The notes beneath the pieces are model-generated. The model saw nothing but the letters and a program-made list of their open reading frames with translations. It did not search any database and was not told the origin of the DNA. Positions 22,091 to 31,358 of a stretch of 64,000 bases of DNA are shown here, piece after piece. The stretch comes from Bdellovibrionales bacterium. GTDB taxonomy: Bacteria > Bdellovibrionota > Bdellovibrionia > Bdellovibrionales > UBA1609. Each line of letters opens with the position of its first letter. Within the stretch, counting starts at the first letter, position 1. Position numbers and translations under genes: made by a program. The DNA is taken from NCBI GenBank assembly GCA_965203095.1, contig OZ241877.1:160001-224000 (forward strand), read 5' to 3'.

Positions 22091-23362
22091 ATGCAAATCA
22101 TAAAATTAAAAACGATAAGTTTTGACAAAATGGCAGTTTCACAAAACAAACTGAATATCACTCATAAAGAACGATCCAATCTGTTGCCTTGGAAGGGGCA
22201 ATTTTCACCCCAGTTAATACAATCTTTATTAGAAACCTATTCTAAAAAATCTGACAAGATACTTGACCCCTTTATGGGAAGTGGAACAGTTTTACATGAA
22301 GCCTCTTTAATGAATCTGGACGCCATTGGCCTTGAATTGAATCCCGCGGCAGTAAAAATGGCCCAAATTTATCTGCTCAGTCATATTACTGTAGCAGAGA
22401 GGAAAAAACATATAAAAAATATTGAAAAGAAAATTGATCCTATTATCTTAGAAGATTTGCCTTTGTTTAAAAACTCTCACAAAGATTTTAACAAAACTTT
22501 AAGCTCTTACGATCTGTTTTACAGCATAAAAAAAATAATGAATAAAACAATACAACAGGAAAGCCGTTTAATTTTAGAGACCTATCTTATTTTGATTGAT
22601 CCAAAAGAGAGACAACTGACTAAAAAGAAAGCAAGAACTATTTGGCAAAAATTAAAGCTCTTAATTATCAGCTTGCCTTGCACAAAATCCAAACTGAGAA
22701 TAATCCATGGCGATTGCCGTAAAACACCTCTTAAAAAAAATTCTATTGATTTGGTAATCACATCCCCGCCATATATAAATGTATTCAACTATCATCAACA
22801 AAAAAGAACCTCTATAGAGGCGATGGGATGGAATATTTTATCAGTCGCAAAATCTGAAATAGGCTCAAACCGAAAACACAGAGGAAATAGATACCTTACA
22901 GTCATTCAATATTGCTTAGATATGGCAATGGTGCTTTATGAGTTAGGCAGGGTTTGTAAGCCCAAAGCCAAGCTAATTTTTGTAATTGGTCGCGAATCCC
23001 AAGTTAAAAAAACAAGTTTTTTTAACAGTGAAATTATAGCCAATATCGCCAAACAAGTTTTTAGTTTTAACATTGATCACCGGCACGAAAGATTTTTTAA
23101 AAATCGCTATGGCCAAATGATAAAAGAGGATATACTGCTATTGGCAAATCCAATAGAATCTTTAAAATACAATACTGCTCCCAATCAAATCGCTTATCAT
23201 GTTTTGACAGAGGCGAGTCACCGTGCACCGCAAGAGGAAAAAGAAGCTCTTACCCTTGCTATTGAATCAATAAACTCAGTAAATCATTCACCAATATATG
23301 AGTCCAAAAGAACTTTAGAAGAGTCTTTGTTCTATAATACTAAAGGGAAAAACAATGATTAA
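22091..23362 (+). CDS. site-specific DNA methyltransferase (N4-cytosine type)
   Basis: motif I LDPFMGSGT and motif IV ITSPPY. Confidence 0.88.
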   Translation: MQIIKLKTISFDKMAVSQNKLNITHKERSNLLPWKGQFSPQLIQSLLETYSKKSDKILDPFMGSGTVLHEASLMNLDAIGLELNPAAVKMAQIYLLSHITVAERKKHIKNIEKKIDPIILEDLPLFKNSHKDFNKTLSSYDLFYSIKKIMNKTIQQESRLILETYLILIDPKERQLTKKKARTIWQKLKLLIISLPCTKSKLRIIHGDCRKTPLKKNSIDLVITSPPYINVFNYHQQKRTSIEAMGWNILSVAKSEIGSNRKHRGNRYLTVIQYCLDMAMVLYELGRVCKPKAKLIFVIGRESQVKKTSFFNSEIIANIAKQVFSFNIDHRHERFFKNRYGQMIKEDILLLANPIESLKYNTAPNQIAYHVLTEASHRAPQEEKEALTLAIESINSVNHSPIYESKRTLEESLFYNTKGKNND

Positions 23363-23566
23363 ATACCCAACTGCCCACAAAGACAAATTAATCGCCGCTA
23401 TAAATAACAGCAAACTGCCTGAGTCTGAAATACAACCCTTAAAAAAAGCTTACACACAATATAAAAAATGGATTATGGAAATTGAAAAAATCTATAGCAT
23501 TGAAAAAAAATCCTCTGATCAAAAAATATGTCTTTTGGTTAAAGAGCTTAATAAATACAAAAACTA
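23355..23566 (+). pseudogene. truncated restriction endonuclease (N-terminus resembles the Bpu10I family), interrupted by IS3
   Basis: overlaps the MTase stop; YPTAHKDKL....N.KLP...YKKWI; reading frame runs into the IS3 TIR at 23567. Confidence 0.65.
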
Positions 23567-23594
23567 TGGACTGAGGGAAAAAAGTGGACCAAAG

Positions 23595-24458
23595 TTAAGG
23601 TGTATTTTCCGTCATTTTCTCAAACTCCAGAGGGCTTTTATAGCCCAAAGCGGAATGGAGGCGGTGAGTATTATACCAACCTTCAATCCACTCAAAAATC
23701 TCTTCCTGTGCTGTATTCATACAGGAGTATACCTTGTTCCCTAATTCTTTTTTTAACAAGGAAAACCAACTTTCGCAATAGGCATTATCATAACAATTCC
23801 CTTTCCTTGACATAGATTGAATAAAGCCATATTTTCTAAGGTTTTCTCTGAACTCCTTGGCCATATATTGAACCCCACGATCAGAATGAACTATCAAGCC
23901 CTTTTTCACAGACCTTGTTTCAATAGCTCTATTGAAAGCTCTCAAAACAAGCTCTGAATACAAGCTGTAGCCCAAATTCCACCCCACTACCCGACGAGAG
24001 TAAAAATCCAAAAAAATAGCCAAATAAAGGAATTTTCCACCATAAGCTTTAAGATAAGTGATATCACTCCCCCAAACCTGATTGATAGCTGTCACAGCCA
24101 TTTCCTCTACTTTAAACACTCTTTGGCTAAAAGGGTGTTTGTCCATTGTGCTTGTCGTTTGGGGTTTGAAGGAAGGAGCAGACCTTGCTTTTAGACCCCA
24201 TTGGTTCATAATATAGCGGGCTTGATCCACAGAACAGGAAATGCCAGCATTTGTCAGATGGTGACTGACTTTTCTGTATCCATATAAGCCTTTATGAATA
24301 CGAAAAGCGGACTGAACTGTCTCTTCTCTCAGGTCCAAATTTGCAGGACGCCTTTTAAGGCTTTTGAAATAACCAGAGGGACTAACACCAATAGCTTGAC
24401 AAGCTCTTTTAACAGCTAGATATTTTGGCTTATGTTTAAAGATAAATTTGTGTTTCAT
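23595..24458 (-). CDS. IS3 transposase OrfB (integrase core)
   Basis: YGYRKV, WGSDITY, HSDRGVQY, SRKGNCYDNA..ES.F..LKKE, YNTHRLHSALGY.SP. Confidence 0.95.
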   Translation of the reverse strand: MKHKFIFKHKPKYLAVKRACQAIGVSPSGYFKSLKRRPANLDLREETVQSAFRIHKGLYGYRKVSHHLTNAGISCSVDQARYIMNQWGLKARSAPSFKPQTTSTMDKHPFSQRVFKVEEMAVTAINQVWGSDITYLKAYGGKFLYLAIFLDFYSRRVVGWNLGYSLYSELVLRAFNRAIETRSVKKGLIVHSDRGVQYMAKEFRENLRKYGFIQSMSRKGNCYDNAYCESWFSLLKKELGNKVYSCMNTAQEEIFEWIEGWYNTHRLHSALGYKSPLEFEKMTENTP

Positions 24459-24745
24459 TTTGCATTTTCCTTTGAAAAAAAAGCCGTGGCTTTTTTTAAA
24501 AACTCCACTACGGCCTTTTCCTCAGCCAAAGCTTTTTTGAGCCTTTTGACTTCCATTTGAAGACGAAAAACATCTTGTGACTTTTCAACGGGGAAGTTCT
24601 TTTTCGCTTTCCACCGATGAAGACTATTCACATGAATGCCTAATTTTTCGGATGCCGGACCTGCTCCTATCTTCTCCGCTAATTTAACAGCATCAGCCTT
24701 AAAATCCGGGGCAAACCGTCTCCTCCTTATCGTTTTTTTCATCAT
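24455..24745 (-). CDS. IS3 transposase OrfA (HTH)
   Basis: RRRFAPDFKADAVKL...LGIHVNSLHRW...LKKATAFF; slippery A-AAA-AAG near its end; ATGA overlap with orfB. Confidence 0.93.
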   Translation of the reverse strand: MMKKTIRRRRFAPDFKADAVKLAEKIGAGPASEKLGIHVNSLHRWKAKKNFPVEKSQDVFRLQMEVKRLKKALAEEKAVVEFLKKATAFFSKENAK

Positions 24746-24849
24746 TCCTCCTTTTTAAAGTTAGTGTTAAATCACACCTTAAAAAGAGTCCACTTTTTTC
24801 CCTCAGTCCACTTTGATATAGATAAAGATTAGATAGAAAAAAAGAGGGT

Positions 24850-25275
24850 TTAGAGCGTATTCACCCATCTAACTAAGTGCAGGCCATTAGCTCCCTTAAA
24901 CAGTTCTCCTCTCCTTTTTTCATTTCTGATCCTATATTTTATACTAATAATAGCCCCCGCCAAGTCCGCTCCAGTAAAGTCTGTCCGCCAAAAATCTGCA
25001 AGTCTCAAGTCCGCCCCTTCTAAATCTGCTTCTGACAAGTTAGCTGATGTAAAATCCGCCCCTATCAAGGTTGCCCCTGTTAAGTCTGCTCTTGTCAAGT
25101 CTGCCCAACACAAGTTCGCCCCTGCTAAGTCTTTTTTTCCTTGTCTGATTTGTTCGATTAGGTCTGCCTGTGTGGGATCACTCTCACAGGGTTTTTGTTC
25201 AGTCTCATAGGATGTTGGACAGTGAGCAAACCCCGGCAAGCTCATTAAAAGGATAATGCTTAATAGTATTTTCAT
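24850..25275 (-). CDS. secreted pentapeptide-repeat protein
   Basis: signal MKILLSIILLMSLPGFA, LIEQIRQGKKDL cap, ADLxx repeats. Confidence 0.88.
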   Translation of the reverse strand: MKILLSIILLMSLPGFAHCPTSYETEQKPCESDPTQADLIEQIRQGKKDLAGANLCWADLTRADLTGATLIGADFTSANLSEADLEGADLRLADFWRTDFTGADLAGAIISIKYRIRNEKRRGELFKGANGLHLVRWVNTL

Positions 25276-25356
25276 TGGTTGTCTTATAGCAGGATTGTCC
25301 GGGAAAGTAAAGAATTAGAGAGTCTTTTGTAAATTTTTCACAAAAAGGGCAAAAGC

Positions 25357-25692
25357 TTAATCCACCCAGTTAATCTTGTCTGTGTTCAATGCTCCCTTCC
25401 ATTTCAGTTTTTGGGGTTTTATCTTTGAGCTTATGTAAGCCCCTGCCAAGTTTGCTCCCTTTAATTTTGTATGTTTCAAGTTTATGATATGCATTCTTGC
25501 CCCTTGCAAGTTTGCCCCCTGGAGATCAAGCCCTTGAAGGTTGGCAAAAGCAAGATTGACCCCTACAAGGTCTTTTTTTCCTTTCTTTATTTGTTTAATA
25601 AGCTTGGCTTGTTTTATTGGATCAAATGGGTTTAGTAAATTCCCCTGGGTTGGGATTGCCATACATAAAAGGATTAAAATCAGAGTTTTCAT
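25357..25692 (-). CDS. secreted pentapeptide-repeat protein
   Basis: signal peptide, LIKQIKKGKKDL cap, ANLQG repeats, C-terminus GALNTDKINWVD. Confidence 0.87.
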   Translation of the reverse strand: MKTLILILLCMAIPTQGNLLNPFDPIKQAKLIKQIKKGKKDLVGVNLAFANLQGLDLQGANLQGARMHIINLKHTKLKGANLAGAYISSKIKPQKLKWKGALNTDKINWVD

Positions 25693-25875
25693 ACTTAAAT
25701 TATACCGGCCGGCGACTCCCGAACCTAATTTTTTATGAATTTTGAGTCAAAACTGGCGGGAATGAGACACTTTTGGCCCTTATTTGCTATCAAAACCTAC
25801 CTTTTCATTGCATATTCGGGGAAATAAAGAGTCGGCAACTGTGGCCAGCGGATAAAGTCAAAGGAAATAAAGAGA

Positions 25876-26046
25876 CTATTGCTTTGCTAAAAGTCTATCC
25901 AGCTTAGACTCTATGCTGTCCATTCTTATTTCAAGCTTATCTATTCTCTTAATGATTGGCTTAATCATATATCCAAAGCCAGTCAATAAAAGAGCTAAGA
26001 AACTAATAAGGAATATCCCAGCGGTAAATAAAACTGATAAGTCCAT
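25876..26046 (-). CDS. 56-aa small membrane protein (TM helix plus coiled coil), below the ORF-track size cutoff
   Basis: MDLSVLFTAGIFLISFLALLLTGFGYMIKPIIKRIDKLEIRMDSIESKLDRLLAKQ*; preceded by TTGACT-17bp-GATAAT. Confidence 0.7.
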   Translation of the reverse strand: MDLSVLFTAGIFLISFLALLLTGFGYMIKPIIKRIDKLEIRMDSIESKLDRLLAKQ

Positions 26047-26186
26047 ACATCCATTATCAGTTCATTGTCCGGGAAAGTCAAGCCTTTGTTTAAAGTGCTC
26101 AAACATCAGCCAGAATAGAGCTTATTTGATAGCTGAGGCTTTGGATATAGATAGAGATTAGAGAGAAAAATAGAGGGTTCTGAGGC

Positions 26187-26852
26187 TTAATCAAAAATAT
26201 CTTCAAAAAAATGGATTATATTAAAATTAGCTTTATTGCACACCATAACTCCTACAACTCCCCCCCCCAGAGCACCCTGTGTCCAATAATTAGTAGAATA
26301 ATACAACCACCTTGCTTTTCCTCCAGTTAAAACTCCGGTCGCCACGGTAGTGAAAAACAATGCAAAGTAGGTTGATAGGAAAGCCAGCTTTGGGATCTCG
26401 TCTCCTTTTGTAAGGTTTCCTATAAGACAACCAATGACTCCGCCACCTAAAATCGATCCTCCCAAGCCAGTAAAAAAGGGAATTAAGGCAGGAATGATGG
26501 CAGTTTGAGTTCCTTCCAAGATAAAATGATCTTTTAAGTAAGAGTAGTTTTCTAATTCTATTCCATTACAGGCCCGGAGATTATGAATAGAGATAGAAGA
26601 CTTAAAGTTTTCTGGGATGGGTTTTGAAAAAGAGGGGAGCAGGTCTGTTTGATTTTCTTTATCAGTAAAATCAATATAACAAACAGCTTGGCCATCTTGA
26701 ATAATAACTGCTTTGCTAATGATAGCTTTTTTTGGATCAAGCTGTTCTATTAGCTCTGTGTTCTGAGATTGAACAATGGGATCAGTGGAGTCTGGCAAGC
26801 TGGCAAAAGCCGGCAAGTTCATTAAAAGAATAAGGCTTAATAGTATTTTCAT
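26187..26852 (-). CDS. secreted hypothetical protein with C-terminal Gly-rich hydrophobic helices
   Basis: same signal peptide as neighbours (MKILLSLILLMNLPAFA); GxxxG-rich segments GLGGSILGGGVIG and GALGGGVVG. Confidence 0.8.
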   Translation of the reverse strand: MKILLSLILLMNLPAFASLPDSTDPIVQSQNTELIEQLDPKKAIISKAVIIQDGQAVCYIDFTDKENQTDLLPSFSKPIPENFKSSISIHNLRACNGIELENYSYLKDHFILEGTQTAIIPALIPFFTGLGGSILGGGVIGCLIGNLTKGDEIPKLAFLSTYFALFFTTVATGVLTGGKARWLYYSTNYWTQGALGGGVVGVMVCNKANFNIIHFFEDIFD

Positions 26853-26924
26853 AGAGTTTGGTTATAGCAGGATTGTCCGGGAAAGTAAAGTCTTTTGTAA
26901 ATTTTTCACACAAAGGGCAAAAGC

Positions 26925-27437
26925 TTAATCCACCCAGTTAATCTTGTCTGTGTTCAATGCTCCGCTGTCCATAATCAGGTCACGATATATTGAGTCTATA
27001 AAAGCATACTTCAAGCTTGTCCCTCTCAAGTCTGCTTTTGTCAAGTCTGTCCCTCTCAAGTCTGCAAATATCAAGTCTGCCCCTCTCAAGTCTGCCTTTG
27101 TCAAGTCTATCTCTCTCAAGTCTATCCCTATCAAGTCTGTCCCTCTTAAGTCTGCCTCTCTCAAGTTCGCCCCTCTAAAGTCTGCAAATATCAAGTCTGT
27201 CCCTCTCAAGTCTGCCTCCCACAAGTTCGCCCCTCTCAAGTCTGCTTTTGTCAAGTCTGTCCCTCTCAAGTCTGTCCCTCTCAAGTCTGCCCCTCTAAAA
27301 TCTCTCCCTCTCAAATCTTTTTTCCCTTGTCTGATTTGTTCGATCAGTTCTGCTTGTTTTGTGGGATCAACTGGCTCTGTGTTTTCAGAAAAAGCCGGCA
27401 AGCTCATTAAAAGGATAAGGCTCAATAGCATTTTCAT
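26925..27437 (-). CDS. secreted pentapeptide-repeat protein
   Basis: ADLRG/TDLRG repeats encoded by 15-nt DNA repeats; C-terminus GALNTDKINWVD. Confidence 0.9.
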   Translation of the reverse strand: MKMLLSLILLMSLPAFSENTEPVDPTKQAELIEQIRQGKKDLRGRDFRGADLRGTDLRGTDLTKADLRGANLWEADLRGTDLIFADFRGANLREADLRGTDLIGIDLREIDLTKADLRGADLIFADLRGTDLTKADLRGTSLKYAFIDSIYRDLIMDSGALNTDKINWVD

Positions 27438-27518
27438 TGTGTTTGTTATAGCAGGATTGTCCGGGAAAGTAAAGAATTAGAGGGTCTATTGTAATTTTTT
27501 CACAAAAAGGGCAAAAGC

Positions 27519-28121
27519 TTAATCCACCCATTTAATCTTGTCTGTGTTCAATGCTCCGCTGTGCATAATCATGTCACGATATTTTGATTTTATAAAAGCC
27601 CCTTCTAAGTCCGCTCTGTGCAATCTTGTCCCTGTTAAAATCGCCCCCTTCATATTCGCTCCCTGCAAGATCGCCCCTTTCAAGTCTGCCCCTGTTAAAT
27701 TCGCCCGCCCAAAGTCCGCTCTTGTTAGGGTTGCCTCTTGTAAGTTTGCCTCTGTCAGGTTCGCTTTCCATAATTTTGCCTCTGTCAGAATTGCCCGTCT
27801 CATTTTTGCCCGGAATAAGTTTGCCTTTATTAGTTTTGCCCACTTTAAGTTTGCCCACACTAAGATTGCCCCCTCCAAGTCTGCCCCTGACAAAAAAGCA
27901 CTCCTTAAATTCGCCCTTGTCAAGTCTATCCCCTTTAAGTTTCTCTCGCTTAAGTCCACACTCACTAAGTCTTTTTTTCCCTGTTTTATTTTTTCAATGA
28001 GTTGGGTCTTTAAAGTTTCTTTTTTTAAGACAATATCCACCCTTTCAGAGTCTGTTGTCACTGTCAAGTCTGCCTGAGAAGGGATTGCAAAAAATAAAAG
28101 AATTAAAATAATTTGTTTCAT
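27519..28121 (-). CDS. secreted pentapeptide-repeat protein
   Basis: signal peptide, LIEKIKQGKKDL cap, repeats, GALNTDKIKWVD. Confidence 0.9.
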   Translation of the reverse strand: MKQIILILLFFAIPSQADLTVTTDSERVDIVLKKETLKTQLIEKIKQGKKDLVSVDLSERNLKGIDLTRANLRSAFLSGADLEGAILVWANLKWAKLIKANLFRAKMRRAILTEAKLWKANLTEANLQEATLTRADFGRANLTGADLKGAILQGANMKGAILTGTRLHRADLEGAFIKSKYRDMIMHSGALNTDKIKWVD

Positions 28122-28273
28122 AGTCCCTCCGTTTTAGGTTTCCTGTTTATCTTATCGGCTGATTGTCTATTTTTGTTTAGTCCTTTTTTCTCAAAGCTGG
28201 ACTTTAGTTCTTTTAATTCTGCTGAGGGTTTTTTAGGTATAGAGATTAGAGAAAAAGTAGAAGGTTCTGAGGC

Positions 28274-28801
28274 TTAATCCACCCAGTTAATCTTGTCTGT
28301 GTTCAATGCTCCGCTTTTCATAATCATGTCACGATATTTTGAGTCTATATAAGCAAAACTTAGGTTTGTTCCTTTAAACTTTGCCCCTCTCAAGTCCGCC
28401 TCTCTCAAGTTCGCCCCTGCCATTTTTGCCCCTCTCAAGTCTGCCCCTATTAAAATCGCCGCTTCCAAGTCCGCCCTTAATAAGATCGCTTTATACAAGT
28501 TCGCAAAAGCCAGATTCCCCCCTTCCAAGTCCGTAGCAGTCAAGTCCGCATACTTCAAGTCTGCCCTTCTTAAGTCCGCCTCTCTCAAGTTCGCCCCCGA
28601 TAAGTTCCCCCCTATCAAGTTTACCTTTTGCAAGCTTTTTCTCCCTTGTTTTATTTGTTCAATCAGTTCGCTCGCCCCTCGATAGGCCAACCCTACTTGG
28701 GATTGAGGAGTCCTTTCCCCTTGAGTTTCTTTTTTGGCAAACTTAAGAGACTGGCAAGATAAAATAAAAGACGATATAAAAATATAAAACAGGATTTTCA
28801 T
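28274..28801 (-). CDS. pentapeptide-repeat lipoprotein
   Basis: lipobox-like ILSC, LIEQIKQGRK cap, repeats, GALNTDKINWVD. Confidence 0.88.
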   Translation of the reverse strand: MKILFYIFISSFILSCQSLKFAKKETQGERTPQSQVGLAYRGASELIEQIKQGRKSLQKVNLIGGNLSGANLREADLRRADLKYADLTATDLEGGNLAFANLYKAILLRADLEAAILIGADLRGAKMAGANLREADLRGAKFKGTNLSFAYIDSKYRDMIMKSGALNTDKINWVD

Positions 28802-28826
28802 AGTCCCTCCGTTTAAGGTTTCCTGT

Positions 28827-31358
28827 TTATCTTATCGGTTGTTTGTCCGGATCTCTTAGTCCTGTTTTCTCAAAACTGGACTTTAATTCTTTAAGTTCTT
28901 TTGAGAGGCTGTCTATTTTTTCATTGGCTGATTTTAGTTCCTGTTTAGTATTGGCCAACTCTTTATTTGTTCCTGCCAGCTCTTTTTTAAACTGATCGTC
29001 TGTTTTGCTGAGGGCTTTAAATTTTGCCTCTATTGTGGAATTGAGAGTTTTGAATTTTGAATGAAGGGCTTTTATCCCGGCCCACAATGTCCCATAGATA
29101 GAGGGCCAGTCCGGGGCAATAGGCTTTCCTTTAAGCTGTAAGTTTTTTGGCAAGTCCTCCGCTATCACTCCCATTCTTTTCTTTTTAGGAAAATTATTTT
29201 TATCCTTAAAATAATAAGTGAAAAGGGGAGTCTCTAAAATATCCTTCAAAGCCTTTTCCATATCATTAAAGGGACGAATATTCTTTTTATAAACTTTAGA
29301 TGATGCACCAGAAGACGGGACATTCTTTTCATAATAAACCCTAAAATCTCCCCGACATCCCTTCCAAGTTGTGATATTAGAGCTATCGAATTTCCATGAG
29401 ACAAAATCTTCGCAAAGCCCCTGATGGCCGTTCCTGTCATGGGGTGATTCTTGTTTTGTAAGCCTAACTCCCACCACAGTATAACCTGCCCTGCTAATAC
29501 TTGTCCTGACTGTAGTAGTCGATCGCCAATTCGTATGTCCTACATCATCATAATCAGTATAAGTAGCCCCAAAACCGGTTGCTGTATATCCGGAGCAAAT
29601 CCTATTCCCGCTGGAATCAAAACCTCTAAGATATTTCCCGGCAGGACAATAGCCAGAAGATGGCCCAGCCGTCACACAAACTTTATGTCCATCGGGACGG
29701 AAACCTTGAAGGACTTGGCCAGCAGGGCATAACCATCCTTGAGCTTTTATTTTTACATCGGGAGCTTTGATTTCTATCTTCTTATCCGCATTAAGAAAAA
29801 TCCCGTCATGTGTTTGAGAGCGGGGAGATCTGAGATTGATCTGATTGCCCCGGATATAAGTTCCACCACTCCTTGAAAAGGACTGATTGCTCCCCGCATA
29901 ACTCCCTAAAAAAGTATTACCATTTCCTGAGATTGTCGCCCCCTCCCCGGTAGCTGTTCCTAATAAAGTATTGTGGGATCCGGAAACCGTTGCCCTTCTG
30001 CCAGAGGCATGTCCTAAAATAACATTCACATCCCCTGAGATATTCCCGTTTTGAGTTTGGCCAGTCGCTTTCTTTATTCCTGAATGATGCCCTATAAAAA
30101 CATTGCCATCGGCCCCGCTCTGAATATCAGCCTCTTTACCCGCCTCTTTACCAATAAAAGTGTTGCCAGTCCCGGCCACCGTGGCACTATCCCCCGCATG
30201 ATAACCAACAAAATGATTTTGCCCTCCGCTCACTGTGGCTTTATGTCCGGCATTGTCCCCAAAAAAATGATTGCCCCCAGCTGAGATTGTGGCTTCTCTA
30301 CCAGCATTAGTGCCAACAAAAGTGTTGCTTGAGCCTGAAGTCACCGTTGTTTTATATCCCGCTTGATTACCAAAAAAATGACTGGCACTCCCGGCCAAAG
30401 TGGCTTGATGGCCTGTTTGTCTGCCAACAAAATGATTGCCATCCCCGCTAACTGTAGCCTTATTCCCTGCATAATACCCAATAAAAAGATTGTGCCCGCC
30501 TGCCACTGTGGACTCTCTGCCAGCCTGGTTCCCATAAAAATTATTATATGTCCCGTCCACTTTGGCCCTATATCCAGCAAATCCTAAAAAAGTATTGTAG
30601 TGCCCAGCCACTGTGGCACTTCCACCAACTCCTTTACCAAAAAAATTATTTTCAGACCCCGTGATAGTAGCCGACAGGCCCGCATCATTACCAAAAGCCG
30701 TTGTGCCTGTGCCACCAAGTGATTGCGTGCTACCACAACCAGCAAGGGTTCTTTTGCTCCCAGTAGCCTCCGCTTTATAACAGCGGTTTTTCCCGCCGGA
30801 TATTCCTATCTTAGAGCAAGTAAAATTGTCATAAGCACTATTAGGAGCGGCCGGCCAGCTAATATCCAAAGTCAAAAGTTTTCCCCTAATAAAAGTCATC
30901 CCCCTTTGAACCCCAGGGATAAGCATCCAAGTCTTTTTGCAGGGATAAGTCGTCCCGCTGGCCTTGCAATCACAACTCCCGCCATTGTCTGCTGGATTAC
31001 ATCTCAAAACAAAAAAGCGGGGAGTAAAACCATATCGCCTAAAAATGTTTGTAGTGTCATGAACATCTAAAAGATTAGAGCTGGCTGACTTCTTTATGAT
31101 TTTGATTTCTATCTCATTGCCTTCAGTCCCCTCTGCTAACTTAGCTTTTTGAGCACTTGTAGGGGCCGGATAGTTAGGAGCTGTATTCTGATTAAGCCAG
31201 CCTTTTATTGTTTCCTTACAATTAGTTTCAGTCCCAAACTGTTCCCAAAAAGCATTCAATTCCCTTTCTTTATTTATTTGCCTTTGCTGTTGGGCTATCA
31301 AAGCCGCATGTTTAGCCATGCCCGTCATGGCTATAACCCCAATAGTGGAGGCCACCAT
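28827..31358 (-). CDS. tail-fibre-like adhesin: pilin-like N-terminus, Gly-rich N(T/H)F(F/V/I)GxxAG repeats, C-terminal peptidase S74 chaperone and coiled coil; true 5' end lies upstream across a poly-C tract
   Basis: frame stays open upstream to ~31475 giving LLNNKG/FSITGVMVA; CPAGxxLxGF..G..C motifs; SSKVYKKNI...TYYFK...MGVIAED. Confidence 0.82.
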   Translation of the reverse strand: MVASTIGVIAMTGMAKHAALIAQQQRQINKERELNAFWEQFGTETNCKETIKGWLNQNTAPNYPAPTSAQKAKLAEGTEGNEIEIKIIKKSASSNLLDVHDTTNIFRRYGFTPRFFVLRCNPADNGGSCDCKASGTTYPCKKTWMLIPGVQRGMTFIRGKLLTLDISWPAAPNSAYDNFTCSKIGISGGKNRCYKAEATGSKRTLAGCGSTQSLGGTGTTAFGNDAGLSATITGSENNFFGKGVGGSATVAGHYNTFLGFAGYRAKVDGTYNNFYGNQAGRESTVAGGHNLFIGYYAGNKATVSGDGNHFVGRQTGHQATLAGSASHFFGNQAGYKTTVTSGSSNTFVGTNAGREATISAGGNHFFGDNAGHKATVSGGQNHFVGYHAGDSATVAGTGNTFIGKEAGKEADIQSGADGNVFIGHHSGIKKATGQTQNGNISGDVNVILGHASGRRATVSGSHNTLLGTATGEGATISGNGNTFLGSYAGSNQSFSRSGGTYIRGNQINLRSPRSQTHDGIFLNADKKIEIKAPDVKIKAQGWLCPAGQVLQGFRPDGHKVCVTAGPSSGYCPAGKYLRGFDSSGNRICSGYTATGFGATYTDYDDVGHTNWRSTTTVRTSISRAGYTVVGVRLTKQESPHDRNGHQGLCEDFVSWKFDSSNITTWKGCRGDFRVYYEKNVPSSGASSKVYKKNIRPFNDMEKALKDILETPLFTYYFKDKNNFPKKKRMGVIAEDLPKNLQLKGKPIAPDWPSIYGTLWAGIKALHSKFKTLNSTIEAKFKALSKTDDQFKKELAGTNKELANTKQELKSANEKIDSLSKELKELKSSFEKTGLRDPDKQPIR

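Larger units (their letters stand above)
23567..24810 (-). mobile_element. IS3-family insertion sequence, 1244 bp
   Basis: 23-bp perfect TIRs TGGACTGAGGGAAAAAAGTGGAC / GTCCACTTTTTTCCCTCAGTCCA; TG...CA ends; orfA and orfB; no target duplication visible. Confidence 0.95.

Noticed and set aside
14132..28077. Antisense and alternate-frame ORFs over the pentapeptide genes (e.g. 14423-14824, 26944-27480, 27538-28077)
   Set aside because: Shadow ORFs caused by repetitive codon patterns
24811..28826. Integron cassette array
   Set aside because: No attC-like GTTRRRY/RYYYAAC palindromes or integrase seen; the shared blocks are promoter and coding-end sequences
28827..31358. Prophage, suggested by the tail-fibre/S74 domain
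   Set aside because: No other phage genes nearby; the pilin-like leader indicates a cellular adhesin
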